Assembly: GCF_018350175.1 (NCBI RefSeq)
Contig: NC_058368.1
Coordinates: 44,146,001 to 44,210,000, forward strand
DNA from: Felis catus
Lineage: Eukaryota
Length of the DNA: 64,000 bases
Direction of reading: 5' to 3'
A program made the translations under genes and the position numbers. The notes below the pieces were generated by a model, which ran no database searches, had not been told where the DNA came from, and saw only the letters and a list, made by a program, of their open reading frames with translations. This document shows positions 1 to 11,640 of this stretch, piece after piece. Position 1 is the stretch's first letter; every line of letters starts with the position of its first letter.

Positions 1-246
1 CTGTTTGTATCGTAATAATATAGGAATTAGCTAAGGAGATTTATTTAATCAGAAGATGAAGAGGTTTTATGGTGGTACTCTGAAAAAAGAATTCATGAAT
101 AAAATGATCAGAAAATGTTAACAGACTGATAATTTGGAAAATAAGAATTAGTGGAATTTTATGTAACTGTTTTAAAATTATAATACCAGAAACAAAGTAA
201 GAAACATAAGTCATTTGACAGTAAATATGTCAAAGTTAACTTAAAC

Positions 247-542
247 CTTCAAGTAGTAAAGTATGGCCTCTCCAAGTACTTCTATTTTGTGATGATTTAA
301 AAAAATTTTTTAACGTTTATTTATTTTTGAGACAGAGAGGAACAGAGCATGAATGGGAGAGGGTCAGAGAGAGAGGGAGACACAGAATTTGAAACAGGCT
401 CCAGACTGTGAACTGTCAGCACAGAGCCCGACATGGGGCTTGAACTCACAGACCGCGAGATCATGACCTGAGCCGAAGTCCGACGCTTAAAGGACTGAGT
501 CACCCAGGTGCCCCTGTGATGATTTTTAAAAAATTTTCCATA
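247..542 (-). pseudogene. Candidate 69-nt exon remnant interrupted by the SINE at 299-514
   Basis: Acceptor ttcattatatacgtttag and donor aag|gtttaa. After removing the SINE and one TSD copy it reads YGKFFKNHHKIEVLGEAILYYLK in phase 0 with no stop. Confidence 0.3.
299..514 (-). mobile_element. Can-SINE (SINEC_Fc-like)
   Basis: Reverse-complement tRNA-derived head ending caggtgcccc, GA tract and T-tail. TSD tgtgatgattt at 288-298 and 515-525. Confidence 0.95.
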
Positions 543-1262
543 CTAAACGTATATAATGAAATAACTTGTACAATTATAAAATGCATATGTAAAAGGATGT
601 AGCCTGTAGATATATGCAAAAGGATGTTTTCTTACAGTACTGTTAGCATAGAAATAATATGTAGATGACTAAAATGTTAAATAATAAAAAAAAATTGTTT
701 AAATGCAATTTCAATTCTCTAAGATATCTTATGCACCTATCAAAAGGTTTAGATTTAACAAGAAAGATGTTAATCAGCTACTAACAGAAAAATAAGGTAT
801 AGAACAGCATATATACTCTGGCATTGTTTACAATATAGATAGGTATTGGCTTAGCTGGTCCTTTCTTTGTTCAAACTGTCTGCTAAAATTATGTACTAAC
901 TGGATAACATTGGTTTGGGGAGACATGGTTTTGGGATTTATTAAGATTTTCCCTATTAGATATAACGTTATGATGTTTAAAATTTTTTAAAGAAAAATAT
1001 ACAGACAAGAAAAAAGTAAAATATGACATTAAACAGGAGCCTTGTAATATTGTACATAGTTGCTTTTGAACAGTGACTAAAATCTTTTCTTAATTTGAAT
1101 TGAGTCCCCTTTTAAACTAGTTACTTTAAAAACTATTATTTTTAATAAGCCCCACTCTTAGATGTCCAAGAATTAAGTATAATTTTACATATAACTTCTG
1201 TAATTGCTTTTGTTAGAAGATAGTACCAAAGAAGTTTTGATAGAAGATAGTTATCTTTATTA

Positions 1263-1472
1263 TTATTTTTTAATGTTTATCTTTTATTTTTGAGACAGAG
1301 AGAGACAGAGCAAGAGCAGGGGAGGGGCAGAGAGAGAGGGAGACACAGAATCTGAAGTAGCCTCCAGGCTCTGAGCTGTCAGCCCCAAGCCCGACAACAG
1401 GCTCAAACTCATAGACCGTGAGATCATGAGCCAAATTCAGACGCTTAACTGACTGAGCCACTCAGGTGCCCC
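1263..1472 (-). mobile_element. Can-SINE
   Basis: Typical SINEC body; degenerate TSD tagttatctttatta / taattgtctttatta. Confidence 0.95.
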
Positions 1473-1559
1473 TAATTGTCTTTATTAATGATCCCTCAGT
1501 AACCCAGAATATGTTCCATAATATGGATGGCTTATCCAAACAGTGGAAAGTTATAAGAG

Positions 1560-1784
1560 ACAGGACTGAGGTCTCCAGAAAAAAAAAAATTCTCCTCTAT
1601 AATGCCTTTGAACCCAAGACCACAACATCAACTTCTGTCTGAATCTCCAGGCTGCCAGTCTGCTCTGCAAAATTTGGTCGCACAAGCTTCCAAAACTGTG
1701 TGAGCCAATTCCTTTGAATAAATCTCTTTCTCTATGTATATGCATACTATTGGTTTTGTTTCTCTGGAGAACCCCGACTAATAT
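1560..1784 (+). mobile_element. MLT2 (ERVL) LTR, 3' part
   Basis: gtgagccaattcc..aataaatctct..ctattggttttgtttctctggagaaccccgactaata matches the MLT2 3' terminus. Confidence 0.8.
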
Positions 1785-1829
1785 AGTAACTAACAATGGT
1801 AAATGTATTAAATCCAAAGTGAATTGCAA

Positions 1830-2040
1830 GCAGTTTTAAATTCAAATGCCTTTAGGGACATAGCGAATGACTGAAATTAGAAAATCAGATGGCTATAAAA
1901 CATTCAGTAGTGGTGGGTATGATGGTGAATTAAGACTCCGTTCCTGTTGAAAGAAATTGAAATGAAAGTATTTTTTAAAACGTACCCTAATCAAAAATCC
2001 TCATAGGCTGATTTAGCATGTGGAATGCCAGTGTGTGATT
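1830..2040 (+). mobile_element. MER102-like hAT DNA transposon fragment
   Basis: aattcaaatgcc..agtggtgggtatgatggtgaa..aggctgatttagcatgtggaatgccagtgtgtga resembles the MER102 ends. Confidence 0.5.
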
Positions 2041-2099
2041 TAGTTCAAAGAATTAATAGAAGTGGAAAAGAATTGTGGGTTGAAATGATTAAATAAAAC

Positions 2100-2595
2100 T
2101 TTACGGGGCTAAAGAGATTTTGAACCTTCCTTGACCAAGACTGGCTTAACATTCCTTGCAACCTGACTAAATTTTAGACAGAATTCTTCCTGACTCTGGG
2201 CCCCTGACATTCCTTTTCATAGAATCTTTGCTTTAGAAGACCTATAGTTGTAAATCCTTTCTCTGCTCCTTTGAATGTAAATCTTTTTCAAAGCTACTTG
2301 CTAATTTACAAAATAGGAATGTCTTTCTCAAGAAGCCTAACTTTGGCAGGCTACTCCAAATTATAAAACTGCCTCCTGACATGAAAGTGTAAGAAAGTTC
2401 ACTTTTCATTTTCGTAAAACCAATTAGGAAACACAGATGGCCTAACCCCGCCCCCCCCTACTCCTGCTCTTAAAAACATCCCAGCCTCTTGTTTTAGTGG
2501 AGTTGAGCTCAGTTACCTTTCTCCCCTAAGTCAGTAACCTCAGAAAATGTCTTCCTTGACTATTTAAATTTGTCCAGAGCAAATTTGGCTTTGAT
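2100..2595 (+). mobile_element. ERV1 solo LTR (MER34/MER39-like)
   Basis: cctgactaaattttagacag..ttcctgactctgggcccctgac..aggaatgtctttctcaag..ggagttgagctcag motifs. Confidence 0.7.
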
Positions 2596-2650
2596 TTTGT
2601 TTTTGTAATTTCATTTCAGTTAACTTATAGATTCAAATAGACATAGATAC

Positions 2651-2770
2651 TTGAAAATAGACTTTTGACTAAGAAAATGGCAAAAACAACAACAAAAAGA
2701 CTATTTCAGAAGTGTTATGTATTCCTTCTTTGATTCTTGGCTCCTTTTTCTCTCTAAGTCATCAGGAAGC
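2651..2770 (-). pseudogene. Candidate transmembrane-exon remnant
   Basis: Acceptor ctaattgtgtag and donor caa|gtatct. Reads LPDDLERKRSQESKKEYITLL(frameshift)SLFVVVFAIFLVKSLFS; the hydrophobicity is partly due to a CAA-rich tract. Confidence 0.25.
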
Positions 2771-3426
2771 CTACACAATTAGTAGAGACTTAATTCAAAG
2801 TAAAACAAACAAAATAAGAGACATGATTTCATTATAAAGAAGCTTTATTTCCAGAAAATTTATAAGTCACAATCTCTTCCTGGTAGATTGATGAGCCCCA
2901 AGATTATGTAGCCGATTTTTACGTTTCACTAAATCATTGAAACAGCAGATTTTGTCCTCCTTTTTGTTAATTACATTTAAGTCAAATGCTCATTTAGCAA
3001 CTGTGCTACATATATTCTCTCATAATCAGCTGAAAATTTATTTTACTTTTCAGAGATATAAATATATAAAGACATAAAGTATATATATAGAGAGAAAGTA
3101 GTAAAGACATTAAACTGAAAAGAAAATCTCAAGAAAAAAATTCCTAGTTATATCACCAAATATCTTACCCATTATACATTATAACAGAAATTAAACTTTT
3201 AAGTTTTTTTGTTTGTTTTATTTTTGTTTTTTTTCCTATATCATTAGTGAACTAGAGCAAGAATAATAACTTTTATCCACTGGCTTGTATTTTTTTTTAA
3301 ATTTCATTCAAAGGGCTTTAACTAATAAATTACAACAGAAATCTAATGATATCACTCATATATTCAGACATTCCTGAAATATCTATCTTTAAAGATTATG
3401 GCACCTGTGAGATATACAATAAATGA

Positions 3427-3585
3427 CACATATATATATATATATATACACACACACATATATGTACATATATTATATGTCTGTATGTACATGCCTTTCC
3501 TTTTCAGTTAATATATACTATTGTATTATATATATATATATATATACACACACGTGTATATTATATATATATATATACATATATG
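3427..3585. repeat. (TA)n/(CA)n compound microsatellites
   Basis: Directly visible dinucleotide runs. Confidence 0.9.
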
Positions 3586-4109
3586 CTAGATATTCATAGA
3601 TATAGATACATCTAGCATTGAAACATTTTCATAACAAGATGAAAATATTTATTTTGATAACCGAAGTCCTAATAAGCATTACTTCAGGAATAATGAAAGC
3701 ACTTTAATAAAAATGGAAAGTAAAACATCATGTATAAGTTGGAAGAAGAACAGTTTCAGAATTCACAATATTGAGATTCCCTCAGATGAAAGGCAGAGAT
3801 ACAGAAACTGTTGGAAGCTTCAATCTATGTCATATGAATCTCTTAAAGAAAACAGAAGAGTCACCAGATAACTGAACATTTTACAAGGTCAGGGTCCATA
3901 TTTCCAGTCCCTACTAAAGCAAAGGCAGAAGTTAAGTGTTTGGTGGCTCAGCATACTTCCTACATATCTTTTATGATTGTGGGATAGAAACAAATATGAA
4001 GGAAAACTGTGTTCAAAATTCACCAACAAGTATCACTGGATGCCTTTAGAGTAGAAAACAAGAACAGCAATATTAGCCACTGGCAATATTGAATAATTCA
4101 TTTCCTAAT

Positions 4110-4530
4110 TTATTGCTGTACTTAAATTCAGAAACCAAATGCAGAAGTACAGGACAGGTGAGTTGTGAATTTCCAACAGTTTAAGTGAAAAAGACCTGGA
4201 ATTTAAGTTGACTACAAGTGGAATATAAGTCAATGGCATGACAGGGCTGTCAGAAAGGCAATTTGACTTAGAGAGAACTAATACAACTGCAGTGTCCATA
4301 TTAAAGTAGGGAACCATTCCTACCTGTCAACCCTACTCAGATAACTTTGGATATAGCAAGATCAGCTCTAAGCACCACAAGTTACAAAGAAAGTGCATAA
4401 AATCTAACACATTCAAGTGGGTTTTTTGCATTTGTTTTAAAAATCTGGATAAAGAAAATGAAAACATTTTCTTCAAAAAGTTTGAGATAGAGATGGTGAA
4501 TACTATCTTCAGCTGTTGAAAAAATGTTCT
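4110..4530 (+). mobile_element. CR1/L3 LINE fragment
   Basis: gcagaagtacagga..gtgaaaaagacctgga..gttgactacaag..aatataagtcaa..gcaccaca matches the 3' region of L3 RT. Confidence 0.75.
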
Positions 4531-4549
4531 CAAAATTAAGAATGATTTC

Positions 4550-4904
4550 TGTGATGGACTAAATGCTTGTGTTCCCTCAAAATGCATATCTCGATATCCT
4601 AACCCCTAATGTGATGTTATTTGTAGGTAGGGTCTTTGAGAAGTAATTAGGTCATGAGATTGGATCCCTGAATAGGATTACTGCCTTTGTGAGACAAAAG
4701 AGCTTGCTCTAATTCTCTGCTCTTTGCCATGTGAGGTTAGAAGAAAAAGATGCCCATCTGCAAACCAAGAAACAGGCCCTCACTAGATACTGGGTGTATG
4801 TCATCTTGGATTTCCCAATCTCCACAACTATGAAAAATCAACATTTGTTGTTAAGACACCCAGTCAATGGTATTTCGTTAGAGCAGTCTGAGCAGACTAA
4901 GACA
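4550..4904 (+). mobile_element. MLT1A-type MaLR solo LTR
   Basis: TG..CA ends (tgtgatggactaaatg ... gactaagaca); near-perfect 5-bp TSD atttc/attta. Confidence 0.9.
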
Positions 4905-4910
4905 ATTTAA

Positions 4911-5700
4911 TTCCTTCATTCTTCTATTAGCTCAACAAGTATCCATTGAGTGTTGAATTTATGCCACACAGTGAGCTGGACAAAGATGATTCTGACAGTG
5001 AAACAATAAAATATGAACAGTATACATGAAGAGGATTTTTAGTCTTTCAAAGATGAGAGGTTGTTACAATAACTATAATGCAACTAACTATAATAAAGAC
5101 TGTGACAGAGGAGCAGAGAATATTACATAAGAGGGTCACCTAAACTAGATGGGCCAGCCAGTCTTCAAGGGAGGGAATCACATTTCTATCAAGAACTCAA
5201 TAATAATCTGAAGAATGTGTAAGAGAAAATTGTGGTAATAAGAGAAATGCAGACAGATCCAAGAAGACTAGAAAATTGTATAAAAACTTGCACATGATGA
5301 GAGAGGTAATGCTTTGGAGAATTTGAAAATAATTGTGCAGAGGGGTGGCTTAGTCAGTTAGGTGTTCTTCGACTCAGGCCATGATCTTGTGGTTCCTGGG
5401 TTCAAGCCTGCATCAGGCTCTGTGCTGACAGCTCAGAGCCTGGAGCCTGCTTGGGATTCTGTGTCTCCCTCTCTTTCTCTGCCCCTCCCCTGATCGTATT
5501 CTGTCTCTATCTCTCAAGAATAAATAAACATTAAAAGAATTGAAAATAATTGTGCAGAGATGGATTACAGAGTTTCTGAGGAGGTGTGGCAGGATTTGTA
5601 AATAACAGGAAAAAGACTCAAATGATGGTGGGTCTTACGAAGGATGTGTAGGAATAGAGTTTATCCTAAAGGTGAGGGCAGACCATTACATGGACAGATG
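4911..5700 (-). mobile_element. L2 3' fragment, interrupted by a SINE
   Basis: ttcattc..caacaagtatccattgagtg..atgccacacagtgagctgg is the reverse complement of the L2 3' tail. Confidence 0.65.
5343..5539 (+). mobile_element. Can-SINE, slightly 5'-truncated
   Basis: SINEC body; TSD ttgaaaataattgtgcagag at 5323-5342 and 5540-5559. Confidence 0.95.
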
Positions 5701-5701
5701 A

Positions 5702-5840
5702 GGGACGCCTGGTGGCTCAGTTGGTTAAGCAGCTGATTCTTGATCTCAGCTCAGGTCATGATCCCATGGTTTGTGAGACTGAGCCCTGAGTCAGGTTCTG
5801 TGCTGACAGCATGGAGCTGACAGAGAGAGAGCACTCTCTC

Positions 5841-5885
<45 letters not shown>

Positions 5886-5906
5886 CTTTCTCCCTGCCCC
5901 TCCCCT

Positions 5907-5956
<50 letters not shown>

Positions 5957-5976
5957 AAATAAATAAACACTAAAAA
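5702..5976 (+). mobile_element. Can-SINE with expanded (CT)n tracts
   Basis: Head gggacgcctggtggctcag, two long CT runs and an A-tail. Confidence 0.95.
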
Positions 5977-6339
5977 ATGGAAGGATGAAGTTTTTGCTTC
6001 AGCTGAGAGTCCTAGATGAAATAGAAGAAAGGGAACCACAATGAAGACAGTGATAACAGTTAAAAACCATAACACGTTTCAGAAGATGAAGATGATCTGA
6101 AGATTGGTAAAGTGTGGACATGAGGCACTAAGTATACAGTCAAGAGGGACTTTTGGAGTTTGCATCTAAAGTGGATGGCAGATCAGAAGAGAAAAGCAAC
6201 GCAGCAAGGGAATTTGGGAAATGAAGTCTTTAGCCTGACCAGCTGTGCTCAGCTAAAACTATTCCCACGCAGAATTACAAGCACAGATGCCGAGGGTGAG
6301 GGGGCAGGCATCTAGAAGTCTGTCACTTAGTGTCCTTAC

Positions 6340-6513
6340 CCAAGCAAAGTAAAAATTTCTCTCCATTCAGCAGCATCAGAGAGAGCTTTTGGCATGACAT
6401 GTATAATTGGTATATTCTTGTAACAGTAGGTAGATATTAATAGAATCCATGAAAATAGTCTTCCTTTTTGGAAGTGGAAGTCCAAAATAATTCCAGGTAA
6501 TTTTATAATTACC
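6340..6513 (-). pseudogene. Exon remnant encoding the C-terminal part of an Ig (I-set-like) domain
   Basis: Acceptor ttttcctgtgtgcag and donor tgg|gtaagg. Phase 0 reads GNYKITWNYFGLPLPKRKTIFMDSINIYLLLQEYTNYTCHAKSSL, then a frameshift in a CT run, then DAAEWREIFTLL. Contains the ITW..G.PLP and YTC.A Ig motifs. Confidence 0.7.
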
Positions 6514-6554
6514 CTGCACACAGGAAAATCTCACATAAGTAATAGTATAATAGT

Positions 6555-6765
6555 AAGACCTTTAGGCTTGAATTTTATTCCCAGCCTTGACTTTTGATAC
6601 TGTTTAGCCTTGTGAAAATCAGTAAGCCTTACTTGTGAAATAGAGAAAATTTCCCAGGATTTCTCATTTCGGAGAATTTGGAATTTGTTGAATAAATTAA
6701 ATGGAGTATCATCTACATCATGTTTAGAAACTTTCAAAGCATGATGCAAACTGAACTATTAGCAA
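6555..6765 (+). mobile_element. MIR (diverged)
   Basis: MIR-like core and 3' end (ttaaatggagtatc..tttagaaactttcaaagcatgatgcaaa). Confidence 0.5.
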
Positions 6766-7636
6766 TAGCTAGATTTATAAAAACTGAAATATTGAGCAAG
6801 AGATTATTTGATGTCCATAAGGGATATTACAGTGATATTATTGAATAGGGGCTGGAGGTTAGACAAGATATCTGGGTTATAAATAAGTCCACTGAATTTT
6901 GTATGTTACATGTCACCTGGCAGTAGCTTTCAATGGGGACAAGAAAGTGTATAGCTTAACTGAAATATTTTGATATTATAAACATTTGTAAATTATTATA
7001 TTCAATGGGTTTGAGGGGATAACTTGAAATATTTATTCCTAAAAAATAAGGTTTTCTAAAAATCACCGCCATAAAGTTTCACAGGAGTCAGATTATGCAA
7101 AATAATATTGCCATTTGCAAAATATCCTTTGGTCTGAGGAGATATCTTCTGATAAAAATAAAGTCTAGTACTCTACAAAGAGTCAGCATTCAGTAAATGG
7201 TTATTAAATGACCACTTTATCTACAGAAGTGAGTTTTACAACATTTCATGTGGAGAAAGAGATAGTCATTTAATTCAAATTAAAACATCCTATATGCTGC
7301 ATGTCTTAGAGCAATTGGCTGGTACACAATTGTTTTAATCAAAGGAATGTACTATAAAATTTGGATTTCTACCTTATGAGGAAGCATCTTATTTCTTACA
7401 AAAGTCATATTATTTTGAGGGCCTAAATTAGCTCATGATAATTAGGTACTTAAAAAGGGCACTGATTTTTCAAACCAAGATAACCGAGATAACATTTGCT
7501 AAAAAGAGGGAAAACAATGTGAAAATATGAAAGTCTCAGTGACTGACTCTGAGATAGGTAAAATTGAATCTAGAATTCCATTAAAAAAGGAGATTTCTGT
7601 TATATTGTATGTTTTCATTGTTTGTTCTTATGATAC

Positions 7637-7767
7637 CTTTGTCTCTGCAAGCCCCATCTTTCTCATACTTTTCTTAACTGTTGTGATGCTTTCCAACCTG
7701 ATTTCCCTGTACTGGGGTTTTGATCCTCGGGTCTTATCAATATTTGTCAGAACTTCCCAAAGTAAAT
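7637..7767 (-). pseudogene. Candidate exon remnant (acceptor apparently mutated TAG>TAA)
   Basis: Pyrimidine tract ttcttcattactcttttgccctaa, then 43 open codons LLWEVLTNIDKTRGSKPQYREIRLESITTVKKSMRKMGLAETK. Donor aag|gtatca in phase 0 matches the Ig exon at 6513. Confidence 0.4.
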
Positions 7768-7829
7768 TTAGGGCAAAAGAGTAATGAAGAACATGTCTTA
7801 AAATCTCCGGATAAAGCAGAATAACAAGG

Positions 7830-8100
7830 CGTTAAGGGCACAGACTGGATTCCTGCAACCTAGAACAATTAGACCGTTTTCTGGGTGAGCATGGGTAGGT
7901 TATATATTGACTCTGCACATAAATTTCTTTCTCTGCCATAAAAGATTACTAACTTTAAAGTATTGTGGAGGATTTTATTTTATGTTATGTTCTTGTTGTT
8001 CTTGTTGTTGACTTTAAATGAGTTAGTATTTTCAAAACCTTTTGATCCGTGATTAGCTCCCTATAAATATTTGTTATTAATACCATTTTTATTATTAATA
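7830..8100 (+). mobile_element. MIR
   Basis: gttaagggcacagactgg..gtgagcatgggtaggtta..ttgtggaggatt..ttaaatgagttagtatt. Confidence 0.7.
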
Positions 8101-8305
8101 GTATGACAACACACTCAATTTTTTGAAATACTAATGAAGCTCTTACAGTCAAACTACTATATTTCAACTTATTAGAAGTCAATTTACTCTACATGTTTTC
8201 ATGCCAGACATTCCAACTTTTCACATCCACTGAAGTCTGCATTTATTGAAAGTTTCCTCTTTATCAGTCCTTGGTTCCAGCAGTTTACGTTAATAGCCAC
8301 TTTAA

Positions 8306-8502
8306 GGGGTGTCTGGGTGGCTCACTCGGTCTGACTTCGGCTGATGACATGATCTCACAGTTCGTGGGTTCCAGCCCTGAATCGGGCTCTGTGTTGACAG
8401 TTCAGAGCTTGGATGCTGCTTTGGATTCTGTGTCTCCCTCTCTCTCTCCCTCCTTCCCTTCTTGTGCTGTCTCTCTCTCAAAAATGAATAAACATTGAAA
8501 AA
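8306..8502 (+). mobile_element. Can-SINE
   Basis: SINEC body; TSD aatagccacttt/aataaccacttt. Confidence 0.95.
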
Positions 8503-8546
8503 AATAACCACTTTCATATTAATTTCTTTTGGTCTTTTATATAGTA

Positions 8547-8658
8547 TTTTAAAAATTTATTTATTTTTTTAATAATCTCTATACCCAACATGGGGCTTGA
8601 ACTCACAACCTCAAGATCTAGAGTCAGATGCTCTTCAGACTGAGCCAGCCAGGTGCTC
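8547..8658 (-). mobile_element. Short Can-SINE (tRNA-like head plus tail)
   Basis: aatctctatacccaacatggggcttgaactcacaacctcaagatc..ctgagccagccaggtgc. Confidence 0.9.
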
Positions 8659-8784
8659 ATTTTATCATATTTTTTTAACACTGGTAGAGTGTCCAGCTTA
8701 GGATCATGTATGATATTTAATTTCTATCTCTTTTTGTTGTTGTTTACTTTAAGCTGGAAACTTCCTCAGACTTTTTTTTCTCAA

Positions 8785-10525
8785 ATTTTTATTAAATTCT
8801 AGTTAGTTAACTGTGGGGAATAAGCTTAGGAATCCCCTGGGTTTATACCAATGGGTTAACAAGGCATAAAGAAATACAAAGTCATAGAATGCTCACACTC
8901 AAGTTTGGGTAAACTAGATTGACATTCCAAGAATAAGGGGATACAAAGACACCCCAAGAATAGGGAGGTGAGAAAGCACCTCAAAATAGAGAGGGGGTGC
9001 AGAGCCCCGGAAATAGAGAGGGAGAGGCAAAGGCCTGAAATAGAAACAGCACAAAGGTGCCCAATACATAGGTATATGAAATGAACAAGATTAGATGTTC
9101 AGGGTGGAAACACCCCCAATTTAGTACTATAGCAGAAAAGCTGCTTTCACAGGAGGATAGGGCCAGGTTAGGCAAATTGGTGGATTGGACTATGGACTGC
9201 TGTGCTGCAGGCAAAGCAGCCCAGAGCAGAGATGGTTAACAAAAGGTGCCTTATTAACCTTGAGATTATTTCCCCTATCTGCTTTATCCCCTAAGCTAGC
9301 TAAGATAAACAGATGCGGAGCCTCCTGTCTGCTGTTAACAACCATCCACCCATCTGCCCAAGCGCCCAGATTTTGTTTTATATTGACCCAAACCCCAAAC
9401 ACCCTATAGCTTCAAAACCCCCTTTTCCCTCACGTCACCAAGTTAATGTTCCTAGTTTCTTGGTCTCTTTGTACACACCCATCACGTTTGCAAGGCTTCT
9501 GATCTGAATAAATATGGGGCAAGGACCCTTATTTGGGGCTCTTGTCTTTTCCCGGACATTAGCCATCTCTCACTTTAATCCTGTGTCCGCTCTTTTGCTG
9601 GCCAAAAGAGAACTTTAGACTTAGAGTCTATGACAGTTAACATATAGTGTAATATTGATTTTAGGAGTAGAATTTAGTGATTCATCACTTACATATAACA
9701 ATCAGTGCTCATCCCAACAAGTGCTTTCCTTAATGCCCATCACCCATTAAGCCCATCCCCCCATCCAACACCCCTCCAGAAACCCTCAGTTTGTTCTGTA
9801 TAAATAAGAGTCTTATGGTTTGTTTCCCTCTCTCTTGTTTTCCCTCTTCCCCTAAGTTCATCTGTTTTGTAAGTTAATTCCACATATGAGTGAAATCATA
9901 TGGTATTTGTCTTTCTCTAACGTATTTTCCTTAGCATAATGCATTCTAGCTCCATCCATGTCATTGCAAATGACAAATTTTCATTCTTTTTGATGGCTGA
10001 GTAATATTTCAATTTATATATATATATATATATATATACCACATCTTCTTTATCCATTCATCAGTTGATGGACATTTGGACTCTTTCCATAATTTGGATA
10101 TGGTTGATAGCACTGCTATAAACATTGGGGTGCATGTGCCAATCACATGATTGGGGTGCTTTCAGTCAGCATTTTTGTAACCTTTGGATATCCTAGTAGT
10201 ACCATTGCTGGGTCATAGGGTAGTTCTATTTTTAACTTTTTGAGGAACCTCCATAGTGTTTTCCACAGTGGCTTCACCAGTTTGCATTCCCAACAGTGAA
10301 AGAGGGTTTCCCTTCCTCCACATCCTCGCCAATATCTCATTTCCTGAGTGGTTCATTTTAGCCATTCTGACAGATGTGAGCTAGTATCTCATCATGGTTT
10401 TGATTTGTATTTCCTTGATGATGAGTGATGTTGAGCATCTTTTCATGTGTCTGTTGTCCATCTGGATGTCTTCTTTGGAAAAAATGTCTATTCATGTCTT
10501 CTCATTTCTTTACTAGATTATTTTT
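8785..10525 (-). mobile_element. Carnivore L1 3' end (ORF2 C-terminus and 3'UTR), interrupted by an LTR
   Basis: ORF2 remnant [29 protein letters not shown]; 3'UTR gttaacatatagtgtaatattgattttaggagtaga. Confidence 0.95.
8812..9635 (+). mobile_element. ERV solo LTR (824 bp) with 6-bp TSD, probably class II (betaretrovirus-like)
   Basis: Starts TGTGGGGAA and ends ..TGACA; perfect TSD gttaac at 8806-8811 and 9636-9641; AATAAA at 9507-9512. Confidence 0.85.
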
Positions 10526-10544
10526 TGGGTGTGGGTGGGTGCTA

Positions 10545-10700
10545 TTTTTAGCTCCAATAAAAATTAGCAAATTGAAAAAATGAGTAAATCAAGGCCTATG
10601 TTTAGTAACCTATCCCTATCACACAGCTAGTGACGGAGGAAACAGGATTCGACATTGGGTATCTAACTCTTTAGCCAGTACTCTCAGCCATCATACCTCT
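10545..10700 (-). mobile_element. MIR
   Basis: gtaacctatccctatcacacagctagtgacggaggaaacaggattcgac is the reverse complement of the MIR head/core. Confidence 0.75.
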
Positions 10701-10729
10701 CAGTGTCTCAGAGAATCTGCCTCTGATCT

Positions 10730-10886
10730 ATAAGTGATCCATAATCTCTTCCACTCCCATAGCATTCAGTTCTTCCTCTGCCTGAACCCATATCCTTTAA
10801 ACACTGATAAATCTCATTTTCCTAAATTAAAAACAAATAATTTGGTGACTGCTTTTATGCTTCTCATTTCTCTCAAAATAAAAGTG

Positions 10887-10926
<40 letters not shown>

Positions 10927-11640
10927 TTGCTCTCTGCAGCCACTGAACTTCTTTTCCTCCCTAGGTCCACTGAAATCTTCACTTCCTTTTTACACAGTGA
11001 CTATTCTTGCTTCGGTCACCAGCGACCTACTCAGTTCTATATGCAAAGAACACTTTCTTACTCTGACTTTTTCAACATGTCTTGTTTCCACTATTTTTCT
11101 CCATCTTTTTCTTCTTGAGTGACACCATTTTATTCCTGTATTATCCTTCTACCTCTCTACAGTTATTCATTCTCTATGTTCTTATCCATCCTTGTCTTAC
11201 AAATATTTCTGTTACTAGAGATTTCATTTTGGGCTGATTTCTCATTCTGACTACTCCCAACCTGTGTCTTTAATATTTACTAAAATCTCAGGGCTTCAGA
11301 ACTTCACCTCCGACTCTTACCTGTTCTCTGAGCTACAGATGGAGACTTCAAATTATTTTTTCAATGTATCTTTCTGTGTGTGTCCCACGGGAGTCTGTGC
11401 TCTTCTTCATGCCTATGGTGATGCTCTTACTTCTCTCAGGTTAGTCACTCATCTCAATTCCTTGAAAATCATATCTGCTTCCTTCCATAACACTTATTCC
11501 AAGATCATTGGGGATATTTTTTCAGCCTTGTATTTTAGGAACCATGGAGATTTGAAGGGTAACACCCAGTTCTTCAAGTGAAATCCTCGGTTTCTTCCCA
11601 TGAGATGCGGTTTTTTCTTGCCTGGAAACTACAGTCATAC
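10730..11640 (+). mobile_element. L2 LINE internal fragment, contains (CA)n at 10891-10923
   Basis: Pyrimidine-rich L2 ORF2 motifs: ggtcaccagcgacct, tgacaccat..cttctacctctct, tctctgagctacagat. Confidence 0.7.

Noticed and set aside
321..503. ORFs such as AQVMISRSVSSSP.. here and at 1270, 8271, 8302, 26097, 27573, 36516, 40501, 43966, 46621 and 55117
   Set aside because: They are translations of Can-SINE bodies, not genes.
2845..3030. Minus-strand frame ..KICCFNDLVKRKNRLHNLGAHQSTRKRL* with a nearby AATAAA
   Set aside because: No convincing pyrimidine tract, needs a frameshift and has no recognisable motif.
3350..3404. Good minus-strand acceptor (tatatctcacag) followed by GAIIFKDRYFRNV*
   Set aside because: Too short and no intact donor; cannot be supported as an exon.
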